From NCBI GenBank assembly GCA_965243135.1, contig OZ251539.1, positions 672,001 to 736,000 of the forward strand: 64,000 bases of DNA, given 5' to 3'. The position numbers and the translations under genes were made by a program. Each line of letters opens with the position of its first letter. Position 1 is the stretch's first letter. This stretch comes from Alphaproteobacteria bacterium (GTDB taxonomy: Bacteria > Pseudomonadota > Alphaproteobacteria > MPNO01 > UBA830). Shown here piece by piece: positions 41,618 through 51,359 of this stretch. Below the pieces are notes generated by a model. The model saw only the letters and a list, made by a program, of their open reading frames with translations, did no database searches and was not told where the DNA came from.

Positions 41618-42358
41618 GTGATCGATCAACTGATCGCCGTCGCCGCCGTTTTCCTGCTGGCAGGTCTGGTGAAAGGCGCGATCGGGCTCGGTCTGCCGAC
41701 CGTGTCGATGGGCCTGATGGGGGCCTGGATGCCGTTGGCGGACGCCGCGGCGATTCTCGTGCTTCCGGCAGTGCTTACGAACGTCTGGCAAACCCTCGAC
41801 GGGCCCTATCTCGCGCGCATCTGGCGCCGTTTGTGGCCTATGATGGCCGCGCTCGCGGCTTGCGCCGTGCTCGGCGCCGCCGTCATCACCGGCGCGCGCA
41901 GCGCGCTGACCGTGTCCCTTCTCGGCGGCGTGCTGATTCTGTTCGCGGTTCTGGGGCTGACCGGTTTTCGCTTCAACGTTCCGGCGCGCGCCGAGGCTGC
42001 GTTGGGTCCCGCAGTGGGAGCGGCCACCGGCCTGATCACCGGTTCCACCGCCATATTCGTCATCCCGTCCGTTCCCTACATACAGTCGCTCGATCTGGCC
42101 AAGACGGAATTCACGCAGGCGTTCGGGCTGACGGCGCTGACGGCGTCGATCGGCCTTGCGCTCGGCCTCGGCGTCCACGGCGGCCTGGCGCCGTCCCAGG
42201 CGGTCCTTCCCGGCGTCGCCGCGACGCTGACGGCGTTCGCCGGCATGGCCGTGGGCCGGGTCGTGCGCAACCGCTTGCCGGTCGAAACGTTTCGCCATTG
42301 CGTATTGGTCGCGTTGATGGCGCTCGGCGGCTCGATGATCGTTCGCGCGTTGATCTGA
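41618..42358 (+). CDS. Sulfite exporter TauE/SafE family
   Basis: AGLVKGAIGLGLPTV; hydrophobic throughout. Confidence 0.85.
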   Translation: MIDQLIAVAAVFLLAGLVKGAIGLGLPTVSMGLMGAWMPLADAAAILVLPAVLTNVWQTLDGPYLARIWRRLWPMMAALAACAVLGAAVITGARSALTVSLLGGVLILFAVLGLTGFRFNVPARAEAALGPAVGAATGLITGSTAIFVIPSVPYIQSLDLAKTEFTQAFGLTALTASIGLALGLGVHGGLAPSQAVLPGVAATLTAFAGMAVGRVVRNRLPVETFRHCVLVALMALGGSMIVRALI

Positions 42359-42901
42359 AACAGGCGCGGATCGCCGAACGTTGCGGCCTCCGACTTGCGT
42401 CGGTCCGGAGAGGGCCGCGCGCTCGCCATCGTCGAGGCGACCGTCGCCGATATCGGTGCGCTCTTTTTTGGGGTCAAGCTTGCCCTGTGCTACCCGGTCC
42501 GTCGGACCGCCGCTGAGCCTTCGGCCCGCTGCAACGCGGCACCGGATATGTTGGCCGTTCGGGCAGACAGGGACTTCTGTCGGCGGCTCTCGACGTTGCG
42601 CTGGGGCTCCGGTTAGGCCAGTCCGCCTCAACCCCGGGTTTTCAGCGTGGTTTTCGGCGGCGGATGCCGGCTTGGCGCTCGAAGAAGCGGTCGAGTGCGC
42701 ACTTTCCGGGACCGGGTCGACGGTCTGCGGCGAGACTCTGGCTGCGGCTCCGTCGCTGCCGGGAAGGCCGTCGGGCGACGCGGGCGGTCGCGTCGGCCTT
42801 CCCGGCGACGTTTTCCGGCGTTCAGGGGCATTGCCACCGGGGACGACGGATCGTCGTCGCCGTCCTCGTAGCCGTCGACGACCAGGCCGCCGGGACACGG
42901 A

Positions 42902-44671
42902 TCATCTCTCCGCCGCCGATTTCTTTTCTCTTTCTGAGTACGGGCGATGCTCCACCAGCGCCGACCGGCCTTCGATGGCCACGATGCGCGCCCATAACTC
43001 GTTCCCGTCGGCGTCGGTCAGGCGCAGGTCTTCGCCGAGCGCGAAGTGGACAGGTTGGGGCCGCCCCTGATTTATCGCCACATTCGAGGCGTAGAGATAG
43101 GTCCGGTTCAGGGCGTCGAGAACGGGGTTCAGACGGCCTCGGAGACCGGGAAGGCAACCGGTCGACTCAGGGAAGATGACGCCCCCGCCTCCCGGCAGAT
43201 CGCGCAACTCGATCGCGAGCCCGCCCCGGTTCGGGATCCATTCTCGCTCTACGTGCGCCGCGCGTCCGGGGGCGGCGGCGAATACGGTCATCGGGAGGTC
43301 GGTCGTGTACAGATCGACGGCCGCCTCGCCGTTTTCGTCCGTCGTCGCTTGTTTCCAGGTCTTGTTCGGGAACAGCGCCAATAGACCGGCGCCGGACATC
43401 GGACTGCCGTCGGACCGCACGGAGACGACGGCGCGCGCGGGGCTCGGTTCCTGCGGCGCGGCGGGGATGGCGAGAAGAACTTCCGAGTCGTCGATCACGC
43501 GGTATTCAGGCGGCTTGCCGCAGAGCGCCCGCGTTTCGCGCAGAATGATCGGGACTCCGTCGCCGCGGCGCTCCATGAAATACCGCCGGTCCTCGGAACC
43601 ACGAACTCCGCCCACCGACATGCGCCCGAGCGCCGACGCCAACGTTTGATTGCGGGTGGCCTGCCGCACTTCCATGCCGCCTACCGTCAAGTTGTTCGGA
43701 AGCGCGCCCGGCGACTGGATCTCCAGACGATCCTCGAACATGGAGAGGCGAATCCGGCTGCCCCTGATCGAATAGTCGCGATGCGCCACGGCGTTGACCA
43801 CTGCCTCGAACAACGCCTTGTCGCTGTATTGCGGCATGTCCACCCGTGCCGGCTCCTTTCGCGCCGCGACCTGCATATTGCGGACCGCGAAGGCTACCGC
43901 GTCGGCGATCTGCCGGTTCAGCGGGCCGGCAATCTCCTGCGCGTCGATCTGACCGGAGGCGCGATCCTTTCCCCTGTAACGGGTCGCCGCGATGCTTGCG
44001 TTGGGCAGCCATGTCTCGGGATTCCGGGTGCACAACAAAACGCCGGCCACCGTGGCGCGCACGACGCCAGCTTCGTCGGGCGCCAGAAGCGCCAGCTTCG
44101 CGAGCGCCGTCTCGGGGTCCGCCGCGCCCTCGGCGCTCAACAACGGTTTCCATAGCGTTTCGTCCAGCGTTCCGAACCCAGTATCCGGCACGGTCCGCTC
44201 GTCGAACCAACGGTAGCGCGCCTGCCCACGCCGCTGCGCTAGACGCAGCCGCTCGTCGTCCGTCATTCGACGCTTCGATCCGCCCATCCGGACGTAGCTT
44301 CCTCCCGGACTGTCATGCTGCGAATCGCTTCTGGGAATTTCGAGAAGCAGGATTCGCTCGCCGCCGGGGAGGCCCACATGGCGGGTGCGTATGCGCACGG
44401 ACGGCTTGATGGAGTCGGCGCACGTCTCGACCAGGAAGGAGTCCAACGCGACAATCTGTTTGCGGGACATGCCTTGCGGCGTCCCATCGTCGTCGACGCC
44501 GCAGATCATGGTGCCGCCGTCCGTATTGGCGAACGCCGCGATCTCGTCCGCCCAATCGTTCCGTTTCGGGCCGGTCGGCCGGTCTCCGCGGAACTCGATT
44601 CGTTTGAACTCCCAATGGCTGTCTTCGCCCAATTGCAGTTGGCGCGCGATGTCCGTGACGCTGTGGCTCAC
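42902..44671 (-). CDS. Schlafen/AlbA_2 + RecG C-terminal (HATPase_c_4) protein with beta-rich C-terminal domain
   Basis: GEDSHWEFK, IAAFANTDGG...GVDD, EAVVNAVAHRDYS, RLEIQSPG, MERRGDG; GTG start 44671 after GGAG. Confidence 0.85.
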   Translation of the reverse strand: MSHSVTDIARQLQLGEDSHWEFKRIEFRGDRPTGPKRNDWADEIAAFANTDGGTMICGVDDDGTPQGMSRKQIVALDSFLVETCADSIKPSVRIRTRHVGLPGGERILLLEIPRSDSQHDSPGGSYVRMGGSKRRMTDDERLRLAQRRGQARYRWFDERTVPDTGFGTLDETLWKPLLSAEGAADPETALAKLALLAPDEAGVVRATVAGVLLCTRNPETWLPNASIAATRYRGKDRASGQIDAQEIAGPLNRQIADAVAFAVRNMQVAARKEPARVDMPQYSDKALFEAVVNAVAHRDYSIRGSRIRLSMFEDRLEIQSPGALPNNLTVGGMEVRQATRNQTLASALGRMSVGGVRGSEDRRYFMERRGDGVPIILRETRALCGKPPEYRVIDDSEVLLAIPAAPQEPSPARAVVSVRSDGSPMSGAGLLALFPNKTWKQATTDENGEAAVDLYTTDLPMTVFAAAPGRAAHVEREWIPNRGGLAIELRDLPGGGGVIFPESTGCLPGLRGRLNPVLDALNRTYLYASNVAINQGRPQPVHFALGEDLRLTDADGNELWARIVAIEGRSALVEHRPYSEREKKSAAER

Positions 44672-44689
44672 GAGTTGTCTCCGAACCAT

Positions 44690-45281
44690 GGCGCCCTGGC
44701 GTCGAGCCTCGCGCCCTCGGTGCCCGCGAACCGCGACAGGAAGCAATCGCAGTCGTGGTCTGGCGGATCCCGCCAACGGGCGTGCCGGTGGCCCATGCCG
44801 GTATCGGCGATCATGTCGACGAGCCGGCCGAGTCGCCGCCCGTCGATGGTCGGGCGGGCATAGTCCTTTGGTCGTGTATCCGCGAGTGCCCGATTATCGC
44901 GCTCGACCCCCGCATCGTCGGCCGATAGCAGGCTGTCGGGCCTTGAGACGAGTTCAGCGGGCCTCGGGCGGCGCACGGAAAATGCTGTCGGCGTGGCGTT
45001 CACCCTCGGCGCTCCGCGCCCGCTCCGCCTATGAGCGGATGGGCCTTTCCGTACACGCATTCGAAGCGGGTCGGCAGGGGATGACCTGCCCCAGCGCTCG
45101 GCCGTTCAAGGCGCGCAGGACATCTCCCGCAACCCGGCCTCGCGGGCAGTCGTGTCATCGCTGGGCTTCGTCCCCCAAGCGCTGCGCCGCTTCTCTGCCT
45201 TCCCGGCGCCATGGCCCTTGTCTTTCGATCAAAACCTGCGCCGCCGACGCGAGCCGGAGGCCCCATGAGGATCCATAACAT
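44690..45281 (-). pseudogene. hsdM: Type I R-M methyltransferase N-terminal remnant
   Basis: VERDNRALADTRPKDYARPTIDGRRLGRLVDMI...FLSRFAGTEG matches the HsdM pattern IERDNPxLxxVLPKDYARP.LD..RLG.LID...YFL..FA.AEG; heavily frameshifted. Confidence 0.72.
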
Positions 45282-45394
45282 ATTACTCGGGCAGTTTGCG
45301 CTTCGATACGGTCTCCATCGCCCCGCAACGCTAGGGATTCAGCTCGCGACGCGGTTCGTAGCGGCTTCGAGGAGAACGTCGGCGAGGCGACGAT

Positions 45395-45964
45395 TCACGC
45401 GGCCGCCCTGTTCGCGAGATCGGGATTGAGCTGGCAGGCTTCGTCCCAGCCGACGATGTCGAAGGACTTGACGAGCTTGCCGACGCCGTCGGTCTGCGCG
45501 CAAAGCTGGCCGAGCTCGATGATCTCCTCTTCCGAGAAATGCCTTCGCAGTTCGTCGTAAACGGCATCGTCCGAATGCTCGTCTTTCTTGAACAGCATGG
45601 CGAAGCGCAGCGCGGCCCGTTCCCGTTCGTCGTACAGGTCGCTCGTCTCGAACAGCGGCAACGCCTTCACCTTCTCTTCGTCGAGCCCCTGTTCCTGCGC
45701 CACTTTCGAGCGGACGGTGGAGCAATAACCGCATTCGTGCTCCATGGAGATCAGAAGGCGGCACATTTCCTTCATGACGTGCGGCAACAGGCCCTCGTAA
45801 AGCAGGGAATTCCAGTACCTCACCCATCCCGTCCCCGCGGTGGGGTGGCGCGTCATGATGCCGACGACGCGGGGATCGGGCGCGCCGGTGCGCTCGGCCG
45901 ATGAGATCAACTCGGCAATCTCTTCGGTTTTCTCGTGGTCTGCGATGAAACGGATGCGTGGCAT
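45395..45964 (-). CDS. Carboxymuconolactone decarboxylase/AhpD-like protein
   Basis: KEMCRLLIS..HECGYC, ERERAAL.FA, LRRHFSEEEIIEL; RBS GGAGG. Confidence 0.85.
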   Translation of the reverse strand: MPRIRFIADHEKTEEIAELISSAERTGAPDPRVVGIMTRHPTAGTGWVRYWNSLLYEGLLPHVMKEMCRLLISMEHECGYCSTVRSKVAQEQGLDEEKVKALPLFETSDLYDERERAALRFAMLFKKDEHSDDAVYDELRRHFSEEEIIELGQLCAQTDGVGKLVKSFDIVGWDEACQLNPDLANRAAA

Positions 45965-45985
45965 GGAACCTCCTCCAGCTTGGTA

Positions 45986-47633
45986 CAGCAATTCCCGCTA
46001 AGGCTCGAAACCCTTGAAAAATATGGGGCCGGAAAAAAGTCTTTCGTGGACTTTTCGAGGTGATTCGGGGCTATTTGCCTTCGAGCGGAGCATTTTTCTC
46101 TGGAAAGTGGTCCGAAGGCGAGGCGGGATTGTACCAAAATGGCCAGAATGCCAGGCATGCGCAAGACGCTCAGCGCTCCGGGATTGCTGAAGGAAGTGCG
46201 AGCTTGTTTCGACCGTATTGAAGATCCGATCGCGAGCCGGGGGCTGAACCAGACGGACTGTCTGATGTCGGGTCTAGCGGTGTTCGGTATGAAGTATGCG
46301 TCGCTTCTGCAATTCGACGAAGCCGCGCACGCCGACGAAGCGGTTCGGCACAACCTCGCGACCTTATACGGCGTCAAGCGCGTGCCGTCGGACACTGCGA
46401 TGCGCGAACGGCTTGACGAAGTCTGTCCGCGGCAATTGCGGCGTTGTTTCACGAAGATGTTCCAGGTTTTGCAACGAGGCAAGGGGTTGGAACAATACAC
46501 TTGTCTGAACGGGCATTACGCTCTTTCGATCGATGGAACGGGATACTTCTCGTCGAACAAGGTGCACTGTAAAAATTGCTGCGAGAAACACCACCGCGAC
46601 GGTACGATTACCTACTACCACCAGATGTTGGGGGCCGTTCTGGTGCATCCGGAACAAAAGGAGGTTTTTCCGTTTGCACCGGAACCGATCCTGAAGGAAG
46701 ACGGCGCAAAAAAGAACGATTGCGAACGCAACGCAGCGAAACGGCTTCTGGAAGATGTGCGTCGTGAACACCCGCACCTGAAGCTAGTTGTGTTGGAAGA
46801 TGGGCTGGCCTCGAACGGACCACATGTCAATCTTCTCAAGGAGTTAGACATGCGTTTCATACTGGGGGCGAAGCCCGGCGACCACAAATTCCTGTTCGAG
46901 TGGGTCAACAACGCGCCGTCCGTGGAGCGCCGGGAGTTCACGGACGGTGACAACATACGGCACGAATTCCGGTATCTCAACGGAGTGCCTCTGAACGATA
47001 CGCACTTCGACCTCAAAGTGAACTTTCTCGAATACTGGGAGAAGCTCCCAAACGGTAAGAAACAACGTTTCTCCTGGGTCACGGATCTGCCAATTGACGA
47101 AGGGAACCTGATGGAGTTGATGCGCACCGGGCGGGCGCGCTGGAAGATCGAGAACGAAACTTTCAACACCCTGAAGAACCAAGGCTACTGCTTTGAGCAC
47201 AACTTCGGTCACGGTAACAAGAATCTGTCGACGGTCTTTGCGTTCCTGATGATGCTGGCGTTCCTGATTGACCAGATTCAACAGCGATGTTGCAAACTGT
47301 TCCAACAGGCACAAACGAAGGCCAAGCGGCCCATTTACTTCTGGGAAAAGGCGCGGGGATTGTTTCTCGAATACTTCTTGAAGGACTGGGAAACACTCTA
47401 CCGAATGATCGCGTTTGGATACCGGAAAGCAGAGGGAATTCCCTACGACACCTCCTGACCTGGCACCGTGACCGAATGTGCTAAAGCAAGTTTTTCAGGG
47501 GAAACAGGATGGTCAAGGCTAAGTCGGCACCAAGCCGAAGCGGGGAAGGTGCGTCGCGGCGGCTGATCCCTCGGTAACGACGCTATCTCGACGCGCCTTT
47601 CGCAAAGGGCGGCCACCTTAGCGGGAATTTCTG
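45986..47633 (+). mobile_element. IS element copy 2 (1648 bp, intact)
   Basis: Same terminal inverted repeats as copy 1; 9-bp target duplication AGCTTGGTA at 45977-45985 and 47634-47642. Confidence 0.96.
46139..47458 (+). CDS. DDE transposase (unclassified/ISNCY-like)
   Basis: SIDGT, LEDGL, RARWKIENETFNTLK. Confidence 0.93.
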   Translation: MARMPGMRKTLSAPGLLKEVRACFDRIEDPIASRGLNQTDCLMSGLAVFGMKYASLLQFDEAAHADEAVRHNLATLYGVKRVPSDTAMRERLDEVCPRQLRRCFTKMFQVLQRGKGLEQYTCLNGHYALSIDGTGYFSSNKVHCKNCCEKHHRDGTITYYHQMLGAVLVHPEQKEVFPFAPEPILKEDGAKKNDCERNAAKRLLEDVRREHPHLKLVVLEDGLASNGPHVNLLKELDMRFILGAKPGDHKFLFEWVNNAPSVERREFTDGDNIRHEFRYLNGVPLNDTHFDLKVNFLEYWEKLPNGKKQRFSWVTDLPIDEGNLMELMRTGRARWKIENETFNTLKNQGYCFEHNFGHGNKNLSTVFAFLMMLAFLIDQIQQRCCKLFQQAQTKAKRPIYFWEKARGLFLEYFLKDWETLYRMIAFGYRKAEGIPYDTS

Positions 47634-47942
47634 AGCTTGGTATGTCGAGCAAACCGGCTGATCGCTCGTATTCTCCTTTTAGCATAGAAGTGCGAGCGGG
47701 TATACCTCCGGGAGCCAAATCGCAACGCTGGCGGAGTTCTTTTTGGACGCCATCCGCCGCCGGAATGCATCATCATGCGTCACATAAATCCCAAGAAGCA
47801 TCGGTCTATGTTTCTGGTTTTGCCTCCTCAGGGAACGATGCACCGAGTATATTGAGCAATAGGACGACCTCGGTTTTGTACTCTGCCATATTCGTGAAGA
47901 TCGAGATTTTATTCTACTATATCCTCTATTCAAGAAGTTGAG

Positions 47943-48420
47943 CTAAGATCGGAAACGCCGAATTATACAGAGAGAAAAGGCTCCGTCAAGGCCATTGTAG
48001 ACCAGCATGCAATTGGCCAGTATATCCTGCCCGATCAATGCAATTAACCCTTGTAATTTAAGATTCGCCCCATAGGCGGTATATGTCTCCACGTTCGTTG
48101 AAAGACCTGTGATGGCCAATCGGCCCGCAGGTGCCATCTCATTTTCGTGAGTGGCTGAACTCATCGGTCCGCTGCCAACGATGGCCAACCCTGCTTCCTT
48201 GACTGACACCTGATCTATGCAGGTTGTACTGGTGCCCAATCAAAGCCCAGCCTGAGACCGGAGTGGGCGGAGTTTGGGCGTTGTCGATCAGTGCTTGATG
48301 TTGAGCGTCCAAGCAGGGTTACTTGTAGTCGCGGGCCAAATTGTTGAAGACCCACGGACTGACGAATAGTTGACCCATCTTCTTCTGAAGTTGTGCGTTA
48401 ATACGAGTATTAAGAATAGG
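47943..48420 (-). pseudogene. Retropepsin-like aspartyl protease pseudogene
   Basis: PTPVSGWALI|GTSTTCID across a frameshift (expected ALIDTGxxxTCID); C-terminal ALIGQDIL...YNG; further frameshifts upstream. Confidence 0.72.
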
Positions 48421-48673
48421 AAACGGTCGAAATTCCTGTAGTTAGAGTGGGAATATTTAGAGGTTCCGGATCATCGGGTTTCAATACCGAGCGAACCAAA
48501 AATGGACCGGAACCGAACTGTTTCGCTCCTTCGACAACCCCTTGCTCATTGGTCTCGAAAGCTCCGTGCACCTGGTCTCCCTTAATCAACAGAAACTTGC
48601 CCGGATGAGCCGAGGCAAGTTCATTTAGATTGTTTCTCAGGTAGGTTTTCTCTGTCGCAAGAGGATCCATCAT
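48410..48673 (-). CDS. DUF5678-like small protein
   Basis: ELASAHPGKFLLIKGDQVHGAFET...G...FG.GPFLV pattern; abuts the protease gene. Confidence 0.7.
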   Translation of the reverse strand: MMDPLATEKTYLRNNLNELASAHPGKFLLIKGDQVHGAFETNEQGVVEGAKQFGSGPFLVRSVLKPDDPEPLNIPTLTTGISTVSYS

Positions 48674-48997
48674 CGGTCGTTCTCTCCCGATTTACACGCA
48701 TTCGCCACCGAACTTCGAAAGCTACTTTCGTGGAGCCAAGCTCCACGGTGTCGCCGCTTGCGAACGGCAACGGCCCAAAACCCCGCATCGGATGTCACAG
48801 GACGCCTCCAACCGACGGAGAGATTGGCGCTTCGCATCTCTCTGCGCTGTCGATCGCAAAAGCGATCATAGCGAACATACGAAGGGATATTCTATAGTCA
48901 AGATACTGTTGGCGGTCCGGTTTGACTTGCCTGTCTCCGCGGGACTATCCTCGCATCGTCTCTCGCAGAGCTCCGCGGGACGGAGGGGAGGAACAGA

Positions 48998-50299
48998 ATG
49001 CCGCAGGATCTTCCGAGCGTCGCCCGTCAGGCCGACGACGCCTTGGACCCGTGCTATCGCTGGGACAGGGCCATTCCGGCCCCCGGACATTCGGGGGTGG
49101 ATTTCGAGCAGCGCGTCGATTTCGGGCGTTTGCACCGCTACCGGCTCGCCCGCGCCCGCGAAGCGCTTGGCAACTCGGATCTCGGATCGCTGCTCTGTTT
49201 CGACAACAACAATATCCGCTACCTGACCTCGACGGTGATCGGCGAGTGGTCGCGCGACAAGATGTGCCGCTATGCGTTGCTGACCGGCGACGGCGATCCC
49301 CATCTCTGGGACTTCGGGTCGGCCGCCGCGCATCACAGGTTGCACGCTCCGTGGCTGCCCAACGAGCATTGTCACGCCGGCATGCTGGGGCTGCGCGGGA
49401 CGGTGCCGCCCGCGGCCGGGCTGATGAAGCGGGCCGCGGCGGAAATCGCGTCGATGCTCGGGGAAGCCGGTGTCGCGGGCATGCCGGTCGGAGTCGATAT
49501 TTGCGAGCCGCCGATGATGCTTGCGCTCCAGGAGGCCGGCCTCGAAATCCGCGACGGCCAGCAGGTGATGCTCGACGCGCGCGAGATCAAGAACATCGAC
49601 GAGATCGTGCTTCTCAATCAGGCTGCCGGCATGGTCGACGCCGTCTATCACATGATCGGCGAGGAGCTTAAGCCGGGGGTGCGCGAAAACGACATCGTCG
49701 CCAAGGCGAACGAGATGCTCTACGAGATGGGATCGGACGACGTAGAGGCGATCAACGCGATTTCCGGCGAGCGCTGCAGCCCGCATCCGCACAATTTCAC
49801 CGACCGCATGGTGCGTCCCGGCGACCAGGCGTTCTTCGACGTGCTGCACGCCTATTCCGGCTACCGGACCTGCTACTACCGGACCTTCAATGTCGGCCGC
49901 GCGACGCCGGTGCAGGAAGACGCCTACAAGCAGTGCCGGGAGTGGCTCGACGCAGCCATCGAGCTGGTGCGGCCCGGCGTGTCGACCGACGAGATCGCGG
50001 CGGTCTGGCCGAAGGCCGAGGAGTTCGGCTTCTCCGACGAAATGGAGGCGTTCGCGTTGCAGTTCGGCCACGGCCTCGGCGTCGCCATCCACGAACGCCC
50101 GATCATCTCGCGGCTGTGCTCCATGGACGACCCCAAGGAAATCAAGGAAGGCATGGTCTTCGCGCTGGAGACCTACTGTCCGGCGAGCGACGGGTTCTCG
50201 GCCGCTCGCATCGAAGAGGAAATGGTCGTCACTCCCGACGGTCCGCAGGTCATCAGCCTGTACCCGGCGGAAGACCTGCCGATTTCCAACAAATACTGA
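48998..50299 (+). CDS. M24 family (Xaa-Pro/creatinase-like) hydrolase
   Basis: NIRYLT, AREIKN.DEI, GHGLG..IHERP, GMVFALET, RIEE; RBS GAGGA. Confidence 0.88.
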   Translation: MPQDLPSVARQADDALDPCYRWDRAIPAPGHSGVDFEQRVDFGRLHRYRLARAREALGNSDLGSLLCFDNNNIRYLTSTVIGEWSRDKMCRYALLTGDGDPHLWDFGSAAAHHRLHAPWLPNEHCHAGMLGLRGTVPPAAGLMKRAAAEIASMLGEAGVAGMPVGVDICEPPMMLALQEAGLEIRDGQQVMLDAREIKNIDEIVLLNQAAGMVDAVYHMIGEELKPGVRENDIVAKANEMLYEMGSDDVEAINAISGERCSPHPHNFTDRMVRPGDQAFFDVLHAYSGYRTCYYRTFNVGRATPVQEDAYKQCREWLDAAIELVRPGVSTDEIAAVWPKAEEFGFSDEMEAFALQFGHGLGVAIHERPIISRLCSMDDPKEIKEGMVFALETYCPASDGFSAARIEEEMVVTPDGPQVISLYPAEDLPISNKY

Positions 50300-50318
50300 G
50301 GTCGCCCAGGAGGAGAAC

Positions 50319-51359
50319 TTGACGACGGATCCGGAAACGGTCGCCGGAACGGGGACGGCCGGCGCGTCGCTCAACGACGATATCGGCGAAAGAACGCGGC
50401 TGGAACTGTGGCGTTCGCTGCTTGAAATCCGTCATCTCGAACAACGCGCCTACGATCTGTTTCTGCAGAACCTCGTCAAGGGCACGAGCCACCTCGCGCT
50501 GGGCCAGGAGGCGGTAGCCGCCGGTTTCGCGACCGCCATGCAGGAGAAAGACTGGAGCTTCTGCACCTACCGCGGACATCACCACACGCTGGCGCGCGGC
50601 GCTTCGATGACGGGCATGCTTGGCGAGCTCATGGGCCGGGAATGCGGATTGCTGCAGGGCAAGGGCGGCTCCATGCACCTCACCTCCGTGGAGCATGGCG
50701 CCATGGGTTCCTACGCCATCATCGGCGCGCATCTTCCCATCGCTCTCGGGGCGGCATGGACGGCGCAATACAAGGGCACCGGGCAGGTTTCCGTCTGTTT
50801 CTTCGGCGACGGCACCACCAATATCGGCGCCTTCCACGAAGCGCTCAACATGGCCGCCGTCTGGAAGTTGCCCGTCGTGTTCGTCTGCGAAAACAACCTG
50901 TACATGGAGTACACGCCGATCCGCGACGTCACGGCGGTGGAGAGTCCGGCCGGCGATCGCGCCGCCGCCTACGGCCTGCCCAAGATCGTGATCGACGGCA
51001 ACGACGCGGATACGGTCTACCGCACCGCGCGGGAAGCCTGCGCCGCGGCGCGGGCCGGCGAGGGACCCTCGCTGATCGAATGCCTGACCTATCGTCATTC
51101 CGGCCACAGCCGAGCCGACCCGGCCAAGTACCGGCCGCCGGGCGAGCTCGAGGCGTGGCTGGAGAAGGATCCGATCAAGCGGTACCGGGAACGCCTGATC
51201 GAGTTCGGAATTCCGACGGATACGGTCGAGAGCGTCGACAAGGCCGTTCTGACGGAAGTCGACCGGGCGACCGAGACCGCTCTCGCCTCGCCGCCGCCGT
51301 CGCTGGACCTGATCGAGAAGGACGTCTGGGCGGACGGGGGAGTCGGATGGCGGAACTGA
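50319..51359 (+). CDS. TPP-dependent dehydrogenase E1 alpha (acetoin/pyruvate type)
   Basis: GQEA, YRGH, GKGGSMH, GDG...ENN, TYRHSGHS; TTG start after AGGAG. Confidence 0.92.
   Translation: MTTDPETVAGTGTAGASLNDDIGERTRLELWRSLLEIRHLEQRAYDLFLQNLVKGTSHLALGQEAVAAGFATAMQEKDWSFCTYRGHHHTLARGASMTGMLGELMGRECGLLQGKGGSMHLTSVEHGAMGSYAIIGAHLPIALGAAWTAQYKGTGQVSVCFFGDGTTNIGAFHEALNMAAVWKLPVVFVCENNLYMEYTPIRDVTAVESPAGDRAAAYGLPKIVIDGNDADTVYRTAREACAAARAGEGPSLIECLTYRHSGHSRADPAKYRPPGELEAWLEKDPIKRYRERLIEFGIPTDTVESVDKAVLTEVDRATETALASPPPSLDLIEKDVWADGGVGWRN

Noticed and set aside
10798-47633. Composite transposon bounded by the two IS copies
   Set aside because: Each copy has its own distinct 9-bp target duplication, so these are independent insertions.
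48922-48951. TTGACT...TATCCT promoter candidate before the M24 gene
   Set aside because: 18-bp spacer and weak -10; not distinguishable from chance.
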